NCBI GenBank assembly: GCA_965649765.1
Contig: OZ287750.1
Location: forward strand, 21,762,001 to 21,826,000
Source: Bispira polyomma
Taxonomy: Eukaryota
Direction of reading: 5' to 3'
Length of the DNA: 64,000 nt
Below, piece after piece: positions 50,439 through 64,000 of this stretch. A model generated the notes under the pieces. The model was given only the letters and a program-made list of their open reading frames with translations, was not told the DNA's origin and searched no databases. Position 1 is the first letter of the stretch; every line of letters begins with the position of its first letter. A program made the translations under genes and the position numbers.

Positions 50439-50538
50439 AACAAAGAAGCTATTGTTTGGTGGTAGAAGTTGGTGTTGCAACAAAGAAGCTATTGTTTGGT
50501 GGTAGAAGTTGGTGTTGCAACAAAAAAGCTATTGTTTG
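50439..50538. repeat. 40-bp tandem repeat, 2.5 copies, inside a probable Harbinger-like remnant starting near 50121
   Basis: AAGAAGCTATTGTTTGGTGGTAGAAGTTGGTGTTGCAACA at 50443 and 50483. Confidence 0.85.
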
Positions 50539-51403
50539 TGTTGGTGGTCGGCAACTGGTCATGACACTGCACGCAAGTAGTTGCTGTCAGTAGGTGACTC
50601 ATCGGCAACTACTCGGGTGTTTTGTAATCAATTAAAGACTATCTGCGAACAATGCAGTCGTGGCCAGGATCACTTGTAAACAGCAAATCCTGGTCACAAT
50701 CTATTTTTAGCTTTTTTATTAAGATTTGGTATTTTTCCCCATCACATGTTATATGTTTAACAAAACTACATAAAAAATTGTGTGTAGTGTACGGAACTGT
50801 GTAGTTAAAAACAGCTTCCACAATATAAGAATGAAAACTGTTGAAATGATACAACTGTTAAATTGATGCAAATCCTATATAAAAACAAAGTTGTGTATTT
50901 TTCTTAAGTGAATTAAATAATCAAAATGTGTCAAAAATGACAAAATAATTTTTTGTAGACTTTTCAGCTGTGCATAAAAGACAGTGTCAATACCCTTGAT
51001 GGAAGCTTGCTCTACCCTCGTCTCCGCTAGGCATAATTAAATGTTGTTTTTTGTCCACAAAATAGTAAATAAAGTGATTGCCTGAAAAGAATTTTTTTAA
51101 AACCAATTTCCTGTACAGGGATACAAAATATTGCCATGTCGTACCGCTTATATAAACAAAGGCTCATTAAAGAACAGGTCAATGCTACACAAAAATGACT
51201 ATGTTAGGAATCACTTGTACCAATGGAGAACTTTAGCATCAATGTTTTATGATTCCTCTGTTCTGTGACAAAAACTGGGGTCAATTGGGGGCCCATAGAA
51301 TTTCTAGTCCAAAAAGAAAAATTCAAACTCTGATTTAACTTAACTGAAGGCAACGTGGAAGTCATTGTGTGTTTATAGAGCTTTTAGCGGTGAATATAAA
51401 TAC

Positions 51404-51917
51404 GCAGGCAGATTTAGTGTATCTGCCCCCACCCAGACATAGGGTGACCTTAGCGTTTGACCTGTTATGAAATAGTTTATGTACACGATACATAATATGA
51501 GAAACAGAAAAGAAACCGCAATACAGCCCAATAGCCAATCATTAGTACTGTCTAATCATCAACCTCAAATTTTGGGCAATATCACTGTTTATTTAGCTGT
51601 GTTAGTACTTTAAATTCATTTAAAATTTATTCAGTCAGACAAGAATCTATATAATTGTGGTGTAGGCATGTGTATATTATATGCATATTACAATGCGAAA
51701 ATAATTCCTTTAAAATTAATTTTATACAGTAATTATGTGTAATAACCATATTTATGGCGAAATGCTTTCCACCACGAATTCCCCCCCTGTATACATTTAC
51801 TGCATCTTTAAGCAAAAAACCTACACAACGTCAAATTTCATGGGGAAAAACAAATATGCAGGCAGATTTAGTGTATCTGCCCCCACCCAGAGATAGGGTG
51901 ACCTTAGCGTTTGACCT
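51404..51917. repeat. ~60-bp direct repeat (51404-51463 / 51858-51917), probably within a HINE-like element
   Basis: GCAGGCAGATTTAGTGTATCTGCCCC...GACCTTAGCGTTTGACCT occurs twice. Confidence 0.8.
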
Positions 51918-54900
51918 TGAGTTTGAGTAGATCTTGATATTGTTGTTGAGAATATGGTCACCACGGTATAGTGTCTGGGAACTGCTGATAATGTCATTTA
52001 AGAACTAGGTCACAAGTTGACACGATCACATTGTGGTGCCTTGTGGGTTTTGGTGCTCTAACTAGCTTAGGGTATGGCAGGGCTTATGAATAATCTAGTT
52101 TACACGCACATATAAACTGACAAGGTGTTATTTTGCCTCTAATTAACTATATTTCACATGTCAATACTGATAACGTAATATATAGTACCCTTTTTACTCA
52201 CATTTGGATCACTGTAAACTAAAGAGGAATATCAAATATTAAAATATATTTTGACCTACCTAAGAATCTGAGTCTACGATACTAAATTGACAATGTTTTG
52301 CGACTCTAATGGGTTTTTACTAGTGACACTTATAATAACAGATCAGTTATTTCTGGGGGTATACCTTCAGTTCTGTAATATTTAAGCACCCAAGCAAGAC
52401 TGTACCGAATAAGGTATGATAAACCAATGTATTTAATTTGGTGAAGATATCTATAATCCTTTTCCTTTAAATGATGGGAAACAGTTTTGACGTTGATAGC
52501 CACGGTGGTGATTTTGTTTGTCAGAACAGGTCCAATATCAATCCAAAGTATGCTATACCAATGACAAAGCCGTGTATTAAATTTAGTGAAGATATTAGCA
52601 ATGCATGTCTTTTAAATATATCAGCAATTCATGTCTTTTAAATACATCCTACACCCCCATGACTTATTAACATGATTGGTTACCCGATTCTGTTGTTACA
52701 CTTTAGAAGACGCCCACCTTCAATAAAGCGCGTTAAAAATGCATAATAAGAATAATAGCAAATGTGGTGCCTGGTGAAGATAATTACAGCGCTATTGAGT
52801 TGTTGCTAGTTATATTAGTCACAGATTATTATCTTTGAGCAGTTTCTTTTTTGACCAAGTATTCCTCTTTCAGTTCTGTAAGATTTAAGCACATTCCTAC
52901 ATACCCACACAGACCAACTTTATCTACCTACAAAACCCATTATATTTTTTGTAAAGCTGCCTGCCGAAGCAAGCTCTTTTGTTAAATAATGTCATTTAAT
53001 AGTGGAAGTGATCTAAATCTAGCATAATAGGCAATTGCAGCATTGAGGGACTGAAAGATAAATCTATGAAGTCAATTGAAATTCTAACATAGAGCTGCAG
53101 TCTTGGGGTTTTGTGGTTTTAAAGGTTGTCCTTAACACACAAACTTCTATATTTTTACAATTTAACAAAACAATTAGACTTAGTCAATCATTTCTGACAG
53201 CCCTTGATACATATATTTTAAAGCATGAGCAGTTATGTTATGTTTGTACTTAGGATAGAAATTATTAAAATAATTTTTTTTTTAAATAATAAATATAAAT
53301 TTTTACAAATTGAGAACAATAGTTCATTACAGTTAAGATTGACACAAGTGTTCTTTTACCTTCAAATCTTGTTCTCTTTCCAAGTGAAAACACCAGGGAG
53401 GATTATAAATGGACAACAATGCCAAACAATTCCCATGTCGATAAATTTTCCATCAGCAAAAAGAAGGAGACTCCATTTTTTATAGGAAAAGGAAATTAAA
53501 GACAGAGAAAGAAATGCCTAAATTAGACTTTTTTAGACAGAATATGTAATATACTTAAGTGTTCCATTCAGTGTGAGGTTTTGTGGCGAGTCTTTAACAC
53601 TGTCGACCCCAGGAGAAATCTATCACTGAATGTTTTTGGGGTAATAGGTTACAGATAGCTGGGAGTCACTAAAACACACACCACAGACTACTTACTAGGG
53701 CATTCAATAACCGCCTCACGTATAAATTTTTAAATGGGGGAATTTTACTGTACAAACAATTTTCTATTTCAAGGAACCAAAAAAAAAATAGAAAATAAGA
53801 TTTTTCTCAGTTGTCGACTGCTTGCCGACATATGTTCTGGGAGTAAGAAATTCGGTTGGCTGGTAGATAGGGTTATAAGCGTTAAATCATTTTTGTGTCT
53901 TTTGTTTTATACATGTTTATGAAATGAAAAGGTTTAAAAGTTATGTGTTATTTTCAAAAAAAAGCACTGTATTTTTCTTTAAATAGGAAAATTTTTTTTT
54001 TTTTAAAGATCATAAAGGGATTTTTAATTTCTATCATAATGCATAAGTGACAAACCACATTGTTGATGCTTATATTGTTGTAACCTAACTGAACTCCCAG
54101 AGTCCATTCTAGCCTATTTCACCTCATAAAAGCACCACAAATAGAGTTCCCTAAGCCATAATCTGATGTCATTAACCACAATCTACAATAAAATGTACCC
54201 AAAGCAGCTGCTACTGCTAGTTAAGCTTAAATAGACCAGGCAATAAAAAGTGTCAAGTCATCAGCACACTGTCTCTAAATACTCTAAATACAGTAGAACC
54301 TCTACTATCCAATCTTATCGGGAGAGCAGGATTTTTTTCTGATAACAGAAGGTTCATGAAACATAAGAGAAATTGTAGTGAATAAGAATCATAGGTAAGT
54401 TTGAGGGAAAGTGAAAATTAGTTCATATAATAAAATATTTGAATAACAGAAGTTCAGGTGATATAGTGGATATTTTAGTAAAATGCTAAAAACGGTTCTG
54501 GCAGGGTCCGAATTTAACTTTTTTTGACACAAGCAGCATTTTGCTTCCAATTATTTTTTCCTCAAGCAATTTTGAAACTCTATAAGCAAAAAAATTCTAA
54601 AACTTCGTGTAAATATTTTTATCACAAGCAGTTTTAAAGATTAACAAGCTCCAAAAATAATATTAATAATAACACAAAAGTAAAGCAAAGTCCCAATCTG
54701 GTTTGCATGGCATGAAATTATTAAATTAGAAATACAGTCAAGGTAAGAATTGTTTCTAAACATTAGAGGCAAATATATTATTTCTACATACGATTTGCAT
54801 CTTGCATCCCTTTGATTTTGGACGCTGATAGTAAACATATATTCCACATGTGAAGGTATAAATTAATTTAAAGTGATGGAGGCAAAGAAATGCTTCTTTT

Positions 54901-55796
54901 TGTGATTATTAGAGGCAAACATATATTTTAAGAAGGCAATTTGCTTCTTGCTTCCCTTTAATTTTTTACCCTGTTTCTGGAAGCAATTGGAACAGTGAAT
55001 GACCTAAAACTGCTAATACTGATAATGTTGCTGCTGAGGTAAATGAGCTGAAATATTTCACAAATTATTTTGATTATGTCTGACTACAATATTTTCTGTA
55101 ATAAAATCCCCCACCAACGCCACCCCCTCCTATTTTATGAACCTTCTATTACCAAACAAATTCTTGCTCTCCTAATATGTTCAGATAATAGAGGTTCTGC
55201 TTTATTTAGAACTGCACTGTGAAATAAAAATAACAAAATAATGTAGCTAGAAAATCCAAATACCTGTGATTAATATTTCAGTGGCTGTGTATCATTTCAT
55301 AAAACTAAAATGATCAGCTAATGCACCCAGCTATATGGTATATCTATTTTCATGGCTTTTACAACATGTCTCTGTTTTCTGGCCATAAAAAAAATTACTC
55401 TGTAAATAGCATCCATAAAGTCTATTGTGCTGAATATTTTGAAACATGCTGTGCCATAAACGTACTGGAAAGTACTGTTACAAATTGCATTTGTTTACTT
55501 TGGTTTTTCCTGAAAATGGCGGTAAATTTGTTGAGAATGAATTGCAATTAAAACTTGTCATTTTTTGAATGATTTGATACAAAAAATAGCATGCCTTATT
55601 GCATTTGTATTGTATAAGAAATTATTAATGCTCTTCTGAAGCGCAACAACAAAATAAGTTAAGTAATCTTGAAGTCAAACACAGCAAAGGTCATAAAGAT
55701 TGATGTGGGCATGTACAGGGAAGGAATTAATAGGGGGTATTTAGCGAGATTGGAGAGATAGGTTTTCAGGTTTTCTCCTAAACCCAAAAAGTGATT

Positions 55797-56090
55797 CCAG
55801 TGATCTAACCTAGTGGTTAGAAGCGCTTACTAATTAATAATCATTGGTGTCTCACCAATGTGGGTTTGAATCCTGTTTATTGTTTCATGTGAGAAAGTTT
55901 GTCAGGTACTTGCCGTAGGCCGGTGGTTTACAGTGCTTCAGCATTGGGTTTCTACCACCAATAAATCTGGCTGTCATGTACTTGCCATAGGGTCGGTGGT
56001 TTATAATGGCTTCAGCACTGGGTTTCTACCACCAATAAATCTGGCCGTTGTGATATGACCCAACTGTTTAAAGCACTATAAAACTAAATT
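55797..56090 (+). mobile_element. tRNA-derived SINE with an internal ~70-bp tandem duplication
   Basis: CCTAGTGGTTAG (A box-like) and GGTTTGAATCC (B box-like); the GTACTTGCC...ACCAATAAATCTGGC unit is duplicated. Confidence 0.75.
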
Positions 56091-57189
56091 TAAATACATT
56101 ACATTTTAACTGGTATTTGTATAAATACTAATACAAAGAGTATAAACACTTATATAACAGTAAGTATCCCATTTTGCTTGTAATATTGATAATAAAGATC
56201 ATCAAAGAGTCAAACTACACAAAATCTAACCATACAGACTGAAAAACTTGTCTATCTAAAACTGAAAACCCCCAATAGCAAATACTAGAGGCTGCATCTA
56301 CAAGTCATCATCATGTCTTAAATAAAGTCTTGTCACTTGTGACTCTAAAATTGAATTCCAATTTTGCCACTTTAAAAGACAGTTAGCCTTACATATCAAA
56401 TGGAAGGCATCAAGGAAATGAACTGTAACCCCAGTAAAGCACATGTCTCTTTTTTCCCCCTGAGACAGAGAAAGAAATTTGCAAGAGAGATTTTTCAGTT
56501 GTCAAAACGAAAGGTCAGAAGACAAGTTATTATTAAAGTTTTATTTGGGAAGATAATAATAACTAGAGTCAGTTATAATGATAGTATTGTCATAATGTAT
56601 GATGGTTCGCCGTATTGTCTGCCTATTAAACAAATAATTAACAATTATGGTTTTAATTGCTTTGCAGGCTAGTTTTCATAGTTTAAGTTTCAAAATTAAC
56701 AGATACTAGTTCACTTTTAAATAAGTCCAACATTGGGAAAGCATCTGTTAATATAACCTCTATTTAAGACCAAAAACGTGATATATGGGCCAAAATAGCC
56801 GATAATACAAGGATTGTCTATACAGTAATATCAATAATATATATAGAAATATCTACTACTTCCTTGGTTGACGCTTTGTCCATATATAGCTTGCAATGCT
56901 ACTTGAACATTAACACACAATATAACTTTTCTGTTAATTATGTTTGTTCCTTTAAAAAGTACAACAGAAACTTCCATTATGCTGCATAAGGAAGCATTTA
57001 TTTACAAAACTGACAATGACAGCTATTTTAAATAAAAGAATTTGGTTGTGTCTATTGTACTCATTAACAAGAATAGGTGATATTTGACTTAATAAGTTAA
57101 GGGGATTTTTATTTTAATGAAAAAAAATTGTGTTTTTTTTTTTAGATGAGACAAGGTTATGCCAAAGGTGCCAAAAAGTACCAAAAAAT

Positions 57190-57378
57190 GAAAACAAATC
57201 CTGGATCCACACTTTTACGCAGATCTGCTCCAAACTTTAGACTCTTCCTTGGCCCATGCCCCACAAGTTCACCAAATTTCATTTAAATTGTTTTTATAGT
57301 TTTGTGCGTAATCCTAGTGACAAACAAAGAAACAAACAGACACAAACGATAGCATAACCTTCTTGGTGGAGGTTAATG
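57190..57378 (+). mobile_element. HINE-like 3' remnant
   Basis: GGATCC...GATCT core, ACAA microsatellite and terminal hairpin AACCTTCTTGGTGGAGGTT. Confidence 0.6.
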
Positions 57379-57486
57379 TAAAGTACACCATGGCATGTTT
57401 TAATGTCTATGATAAAATTATTTGTAAAATAAATATCAAAGTTTGGTACAGTAATGATGGACTCAATATGAGACGAAATAGTGCTA

Positions 57487-57715
57487 CAGTAAGGTATCTA
57501 AAATTCACCACTGTATCTGAAATTCGCCACCCATAAAAGTTAAGCCAAATTAATTAAAACTGGCAAAAAAAACCCCTGTAACTTCGATAAGTAAGGCAAA
57601 ATTGTCACAAAAATCTCAATTTCAGCAAATATTACCCACAATTCTACAAAAAAAAAACACAACATTTCCTAGATGGCGAATTTTAGATAAAGTGGCGAAT
57701 TTTATATTCATTATG
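57487..57715. mobile_element. Family B MITE
   Basis: CAGTAAGGTATCTAAAATTCACCAC ... GTGGCGAATTTTATATTCATTA. Confidence 0.75.
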
Positions 57716-57751
57716 CTACAATTTTTACCCCTGTTGTACTTTAAAGGATGC

Positions 57752-57933
57752 TTTAAATACATAAATAAATAAATTTAAATAAAAAAATTTTAAATATTTA
57801 AATTTAAATATTTAAATTTATTTATTTATTTATTTAAATTTAAATATTTAAATTTAAATAAAAAAATTTAAATACATAAATAAATAAATTTAAATAAAAA
57901 AAACTTTAAATACATAAATACATAAATACATAA
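57752..57933. repeat. Nearly pure A/T low-complexity tract with nested palindromes
   Basis: ATTTAAAT, TAAA and TTTA units in alternating orientation. Confidence 0.85.
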
Positions 57934-59639
57934 GCAATGTTTGTACCTGTACTCAAATAATTCTATTTGGGTTTGGGTTTTTTCGCATTCTTATTTTTAC
58001 AAAATAAAGTACGAATAAATATGTATATTTTTATGGATCAGAAAAACAAGGGAAACCTTTCTAGGGTGTAGAACATGTTAAACATTGTCGTATCAGACAC
58101 TAGGGTTCAAAGTACATCAACCAAGATGACGAAGTTCCCTTCTCCCCAAAGTGAAACGTGAGCTCATAAGAATTCCATGTGAAAAACTAAGTCATAGCAG
58201 AGGTTAATTACAAAACAGAAATTGAACAATACAGACACAGTGCAGTGCAGGCAGTTATTGTTGTATAAAAATGGCTTTTAATAAAGACAGGCTCATTTCT
58301 GATTTTGTCCATGTAATATGCAGAAAAGACTGGATTACAAACGAATTAATACACAAAATGTTAGTTTTCTTCTTCTTGAAACATTAATGTTTCATGGTAG
58401 TCTGCTCAGTTTTAATTGTTAAACAGAAATTTCTCTAACAATCTTTGTCTCAAAAAAATTCAAGGTTAAATTATTGGTTTAACTATATAGACATGTTGGT
58501 TAAATAGATAATATACAGGAAGGAAACTTAAAAACTAAACCACTGCCACATATACCATATCTGAAACTGGCCACACAATAAACGCCTAACAAAGAGATAA
58601 AATAGGACAAAATTAAATAAAGGATGGCTATTTGTAATAAGCTAATTGACATAGAAAATTATATACATCGAAACTTCTATTATCCAAATTTTCAATTTTT
58701 ACTTTCTTGGACTTCTTACCATGACAGATACTTTCCAGCATAGTCGTTTCACTGTGCTCTGAACTAATTCTTATTGTCATGACAACACACTTATTATAAT
58801 GGAAAGATGACACACATATGTACTGTTTAAAGAAAGTGACATTTTTTTTCCCCCATCTTTTTGACACTTTACAAAACCCGACAAATCCACCTGGGTTAAT
58901 AATACCAACTGACTGTTGATATGTTCAAAATCTCATATCGGGAAAGTGAAAGCATTAAAGCTAAGTTAGGACAGCCATACAACAATGCATCGGCCGAGCA
59001 GAGTACTTAAATATTAATAAGTCTATTTCTATGCCATTTTATCATGCATTTTGTTGTCACATTTCTGTAAAAAGCTGTTAAAGTTTTTGTCACAACAAGA
59101 ATGTCAATTTTGTTTTAATTTCCATTAGTCTAAACTACATTGTGTACACAGCTACTAACCTATTAGAACAATGCTCTCATATACCTAGGTCTCATTCACA
59201 CGGATGACCGTTATGAACGCACCACGAACGTATTTGTATCGTACAGTGGCTGTTCGTTTTAACTTTGTTTCAGGTTTGCCTATATATATGAGAAGCGCTT
59301 CGGAAGTCTTTGTTGATATCCGTGAGAATTAGTCACCCCTTCCACATCAAAGAACAAACTGGATTTGAACCCACATTTTGGTGAGAAGCCAGTGATTATG
59401 AAGTTTAACAGTTCTAACCACTAGGCCTATTTTATATAAGAATTCAATGGGGATGTACTCAATTTGACCTCTTAGGATTGACATTTTTCCGTCGATCCTG
59501 ATAAAATGCCAGAACATAATTTTACTGCAAAAATATTGGAAATTAAGGAATTTATCAACATATGGAGTTGGAGATATCTGACCCCCTTAGGCAAGGTCTA
59601 AATCATCTGTTCTTAACCTTACCGAATCCAAATGAAACA

Positions 59640-60720
59640 AATTTAAGCAGTTAAATGATTTTTAATTTATATTTATATGGTCAAATAAACCTGACAAAAT
59701 CAACAGAATGACTCTGATACTAGAAAATAGATTACGTGGCTTAAAAATAATAAATGTGGTGTTGTTTATACGTTCCCTCAAAACAACTTGGCTTTGTAGG
59801 CTCCTCAGGCCAAAAACAATACTCCGTGGAATAAAATATTTCAAGTTTTAATAAATTTATATGATATTTTAGATGAGACCGGTACATCCATGAACTGTGA
59901 TCAGTTACAGAACATATATAATCTGAATATCATAAACTTTCTTTGTTACCTTCAAGTAAAACTAAAGGTTAAAAAATTACTAAAAGATCACAAGGAACCA
60001 GGAAATAATAATGTAGTAAGACCTTTCATTCCAAATCATATCAAGATATTAGTCAAGTTGAATAAGGGGGTCAAGTATTTTTTATAAACATTTAATATCC
60101 AAGACAGAAAATGACAACATCTTTAAACAGAGGTGGAGCACCGATTTAAATATAGTTATAAATACAGAACAATGGAATCTCACACTTAAAACATGTTTCA
60201 AAACGCTCTAACACAATAACCTGATATAGTTTCAGATGAAAATTTTGTATAGAATTTTGGGCATAGAACAATACTTACATAAAGTGGGATTATCTTATAC
60301 TCCTATTTGTCTTGGATGTGAAAGCATGCAGGACACTATTCTGCATATGTTTACCCACTGTGAAGAGGTTAAATCTTTTTGTGGGTTTTAAAGGAAAAAA
60401 TTATTGTAGGCAAAATAATTTTTTTTTAAAAAATTAACAGATTTGATTATTATTCTAGGTTGTCATTCACAAGATCAAAACTATATTCCAATAAATACGC
60501 TGATTATAGTTACCAAGAAATATATATTCGAGTTGTCTAAATCTATGAGCAAATTCAATTTACCATCCTTGAAATATAAACTTTGTCAAACATATACAGA
60601 TGAATTTTTCATATCCAAAACTATCCAACAGAAGAAAAATTTCTGAAACTATTGCAACGATGGCTTTCGGTGTTCCAACAAAAATGTGTGTGATCCAAAT
60701 AAAATCTATAATACATTTCT
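59640..60720 (+). pseudogene. Tx1/L1-clade LINE ORF2 C-terminal remnant (zf-RVT-like)
   Basis: FQMKILYRILG..YLHKVGL, then the CCHC finger PICLGCESMQDTILHMFTHCEEVKSF and INTLIIVTKKYIF; many frameshifts. Confidence 0.75.
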
Positions 60721-61517
60721 CAGTGTTTTCATTGGGGTACATAACATATATATTGCACAACTTATATATATATATATATAGTAAAGAAGAATTACTGTTA
60801 TAAAATAAAATAATTTTGTAATTTGTGTATGACATTATTCAAAGTAAGAACTAGATTGTAAAATATTTTGTAAATGTTTAATGTGTCTAATATTATCAAT
60901 GTAGTTGACATTTATATTCAACATATTGTGTTCACATTGTAAATATGATTAAATATTGTAAAATATTGTAAAATATAGATATAGGAAACAATTCAACCAC
61001 CATTTCATTTTATGTGTTGTAAATTTAATATGGCTTTCTAATACTTAAACCCAACCACACAATTGAGCTATACAAAGATAACATCCTAAGTTAGTTTGAA
61101 TTGTAACTCTTTAATAAAAACATATTTAATTCTGAATTCAATTTTGATCTTAGGACTTAAAAGTATCATTTTTAGAGTAGATTTTTTATAAATGGTCAAG
61201 TCATAATGATTACATATGTCTGAACTGCATTCCTAAATAATATTTTATATTGTGTCGTCTCAATTAGGGTTTTAAACTTCAAATGGTTCTGACATATGGT
61301 GTGCGTCAGTTCTGAAACCATCTGAGACTGTTGCACAACTTTTGGGGTTTAAACTAAAAAATGTACACACATGAGACAGCCGTCACAATTGAAGAAATTG
61401 CTCATAAAGCCGTCACAGGTCACAGACTAAAATCTCCTTATAAGTGGCAGTGCAAATTCTTTTGCAAGTTTCATGTGCGGCATACTCGATACAGCTGACC
61501 TTGAAATACTGTTCTAA

Positions 61518-62143
61518 AGCCCCGGTCACAATTAGCATGTTGGTGTTTACGTTCAATTTGGTTTGGGTTTTTTTAAATGAAGCAAAACTGAGATAAATGA
61601 AGTGAAATTCGGGAAATGCAACAAAAAAATTAATGCATGGGCCATTTTGTACATGTTCTGTACACGTTTGTACACACATTTAACACATTTTTATAGCCAT
61701 TTCAATTAGGTTTGTACTGTTAACCACGTTTCTAAATACGTTAGCCACGTTTCTAAACACATCAGCCAGATTTCTAAACACATTTCGGTTTTGTTCTTTC
61801 TCGTCACCCTCGTTTTAAATACCGGTAGGTTGCATTCGCTTCATCCACATCTTTCATGTTTCTGGTTATTTCTTGGATGTATAGTACATTTTACTGCCGA
61901 CCTTTAAGTTATATACGCATTGAAGACGTTTCCCGCAAACGCACCATACATGTTAGTGGAGATCGTCAAAAACGGACTTACAGTTTGCGAAGCGCGAAAT
62001 GATGGAATTAAGGGATTATTTCACTCACACATGCTTACGTTTATTTAAGCACACTACGTCTGTTACATCTAAAATATTTACATTTGCTATATTTACCCAT
62101 TTATTTTAGCGTAATTGAAACGTAAGGCCAGTATGACCAGGCC
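61518..62143. mobile_element. Probable Harbinger-like MITE (diverged TIRs)
   Basis: TAA-AGCCCCGGTCACA ... TATGACCAGGCC-TTA; ACG-rich interior. Confidence 0.5.
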
Positions 62144-62723
62144 TTACGAAAAGCTATCTATGATTGGGACCAGTTGCTAGTATCAACTAGGAGTAAAATA
62201 TTATAAAATAGCGCAGTGCAGTTCCTGTAATCATCGCCCAAAAAAACAACTGGAAGTACAATACATGTTTTTATAACATTGCAGGACTATAAGAGTAGCT
62301 ATTTGTCTCAATTCTAAAATGACTGTGCAATTAATGAGTGGTTAATCAGCTAAATTCTAGCATTCACTAGACTTAGTGCAGCCATATTGCAATAAGTTAG
62401 TCACAGCATTTTCTAGGGCTTTTAGTGTTATTCTCAGGGTTTAGCATTGTGTATTCTTTAAGACGCCCACTTAAGTCAGACTTTGTTGTTTTCGCACCAC
62501 TTGCCATGTTATTAGTACTAAATTATCGCGGAGAGATCGTTTAGTAAACAGAAAATTATCTTTAACATACAATTCATAGTGTCTCAACATCAACAGCCGC
62601 ACAAGGCAAAACAAAAGAAGGTGTTAAGTCATTTAATGATTTCTTTAAAATCTAGCATTTACTGTTGTAACCTATTACACTTCTTTTCTTCGAGTAACAG
62701 ACCGTATCTTGAAAAAAAAGGTA

Positions 62724-62947
62724 GAGCAAGGAATTTAAAATTCGCCACTGTATCTGAATTTCCCCAATGTATATAAAATTCGCCACCTGAAAAATTTTGT
62801 GTTTTGGGTAGAATTGTTGGTAATACTTGCATTACATTAAGATTGTTGTGACTAATGTGCCCTAATAACTTACCTAAATTCCAGTTATTTTTTTGCTTTA
62901 TGGGTGGTGAATTTCAGATACCGTGCCAAATTTTAGATTCCTTACTC
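62724..62947. mobile_element. Family B MITE
   Basis: AAGGAATTTAAAATTCGCCAC ... AAATTTTAGATTCCTTACT. Confidence 0.75.
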
Positions 62948-64000
62948 TATACATATATATTTTTGGAGCTATATTTTGTTTATTGCCAGAATTCAAAGTA
63001 GTATATGTGAGGGTTTGACATGAAAGGAGAGACCAACATGAGGATCATTAGTACTACCCACTTTGTGTTGATTTTATCAGGCACAGCATAATATTGATTT
63101 CATTCGCCACCATCTTGGAAATATGTACAGCCTTCATGGATTGGTTTGAACAATCGACTCGGCAAAACTGAGGGGTATGTGTCAGGTTAATATTATCAGG
63201 GGCTGCCTGATATTGCGGCCATGTTGGAATGCAAGGCATTCATGGATTGGTTGGAAGCAATTAACCTGGCCAAACTGAGGGGTGTTAGATAAATATTTCT
63301 CACACTGTGCGCCTGTGTCTTTTTAAAAAGACAAGTCTTGTTTCTAATCTAATCCCAAATGTAGTGCATTTTAGGCGCTAAAACTCTTCCCTATAACAAA
63401 ACTCAAAGCACTATATATAGCTTCCTAATCATAGACAAAATTTATGATAAAATGGGCATAGTCAAGGTCGTCAACAAAGAGATTAGCATTTAGTAAAAGG
63501 GAAAGAAGGGCTATGTTGGAAAAGGCTTGGTTGAAAAGAGGAGACGCAAGATAATTTGTAAATAGAGCAAAATGCTCTTTGCTTGTCCAGTGAGAAGGAC
63601 TGACATTACTCCAAATAACTACACTGGTAACGCTAGCTTTGGCCTATACTTGGTACTCTCAGCCACCCAGTAAAATAAGTAAAAAAAGTCGTTGTAAAGT
63701 TTAAAATGGCCTCAGTCACGGGTAGGGCAATGCCACTGCTGTTTAAATAGCTGGACTTTGTGCAAATTTTGGAACCTGGAGAAAATGGTGATACACACAC
63801 TGGTCACTCTGGATTAAGTGTACAGATATATAATTTTTTTTAATTAAAGTGGTTGGTCCAAAGTTATTGTTTTTGTAGTTGCTTTTTTAAAATGATTCTG
63901 TACCCTTGAAAAGGTTACCAGTGGTGTTTCTTTAGGTAGGGACTAATATAACGTCAAAATTTCTTACCATCAATCACTTCCTGCTATCGATCAGAAACAA

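Noticed and set aside
53359-53451. Possible upstream SCYL2 exon (minus strand WKIYRHG...EQDLK|gtaaaa, phase 0)
   Set aside because: WKIY echoes an SCYL2 motif, but a stop codon lies directly before it, the rest does not match, and no acceptor or start codon is evident.
50600-59600. Many 60-90 aa ORFs in the ORF track
   Set aside because: They show biased composition typical of AT-rich intron and repeat sequence, with no recognisable domains or exon structure.

Overview
AT-rich animal genomic DNA; the repeat types suggest a mollusc or other lophotrochozoan, which is an inference. Five GT-AG exons of an SCY1-like (SCYL2-type) pseudokinase gene lie on the minus strand between 22487 and 49847, separated by repeat-filled introns of up to about 12 kb. 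No further exon was recognised below 22487 or above 49847. Below the last visible exon, antisense to the gene, are two tyrosine-recombinase (YR, DIRS-order) retroelements. The first (1-2829) is a 3' end with a B-A-B direct-repeat arrangement. The second (6290-12590) is full length but decayed, with gag, RT-RNase H and YR regions, and is nested in a Helentron-type non-autonomous element. It has unusual ends: short asymmetric inverted repeats and a perfect 10-bp flanking direct repeat resembling a recombination core. It also has a GTCGAC/A-tract array in the 5' leader and splice signals that would fuse the Gag N-terminus in frame to the ATG-less recombinase. Two host exons have their splice acceptor and first bases duplicated just upstream, one as a tandem array of about 19 copies. 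The rest is MITEs (pogo/Tc1-like, Harbinger-like, piggyBac-like), tRNA-derived SINEs, L2/CR1 and Tx1/L1 LINE fragments, and minisatellites. All coordinates were read by eye; repeat boundaries are approximate.
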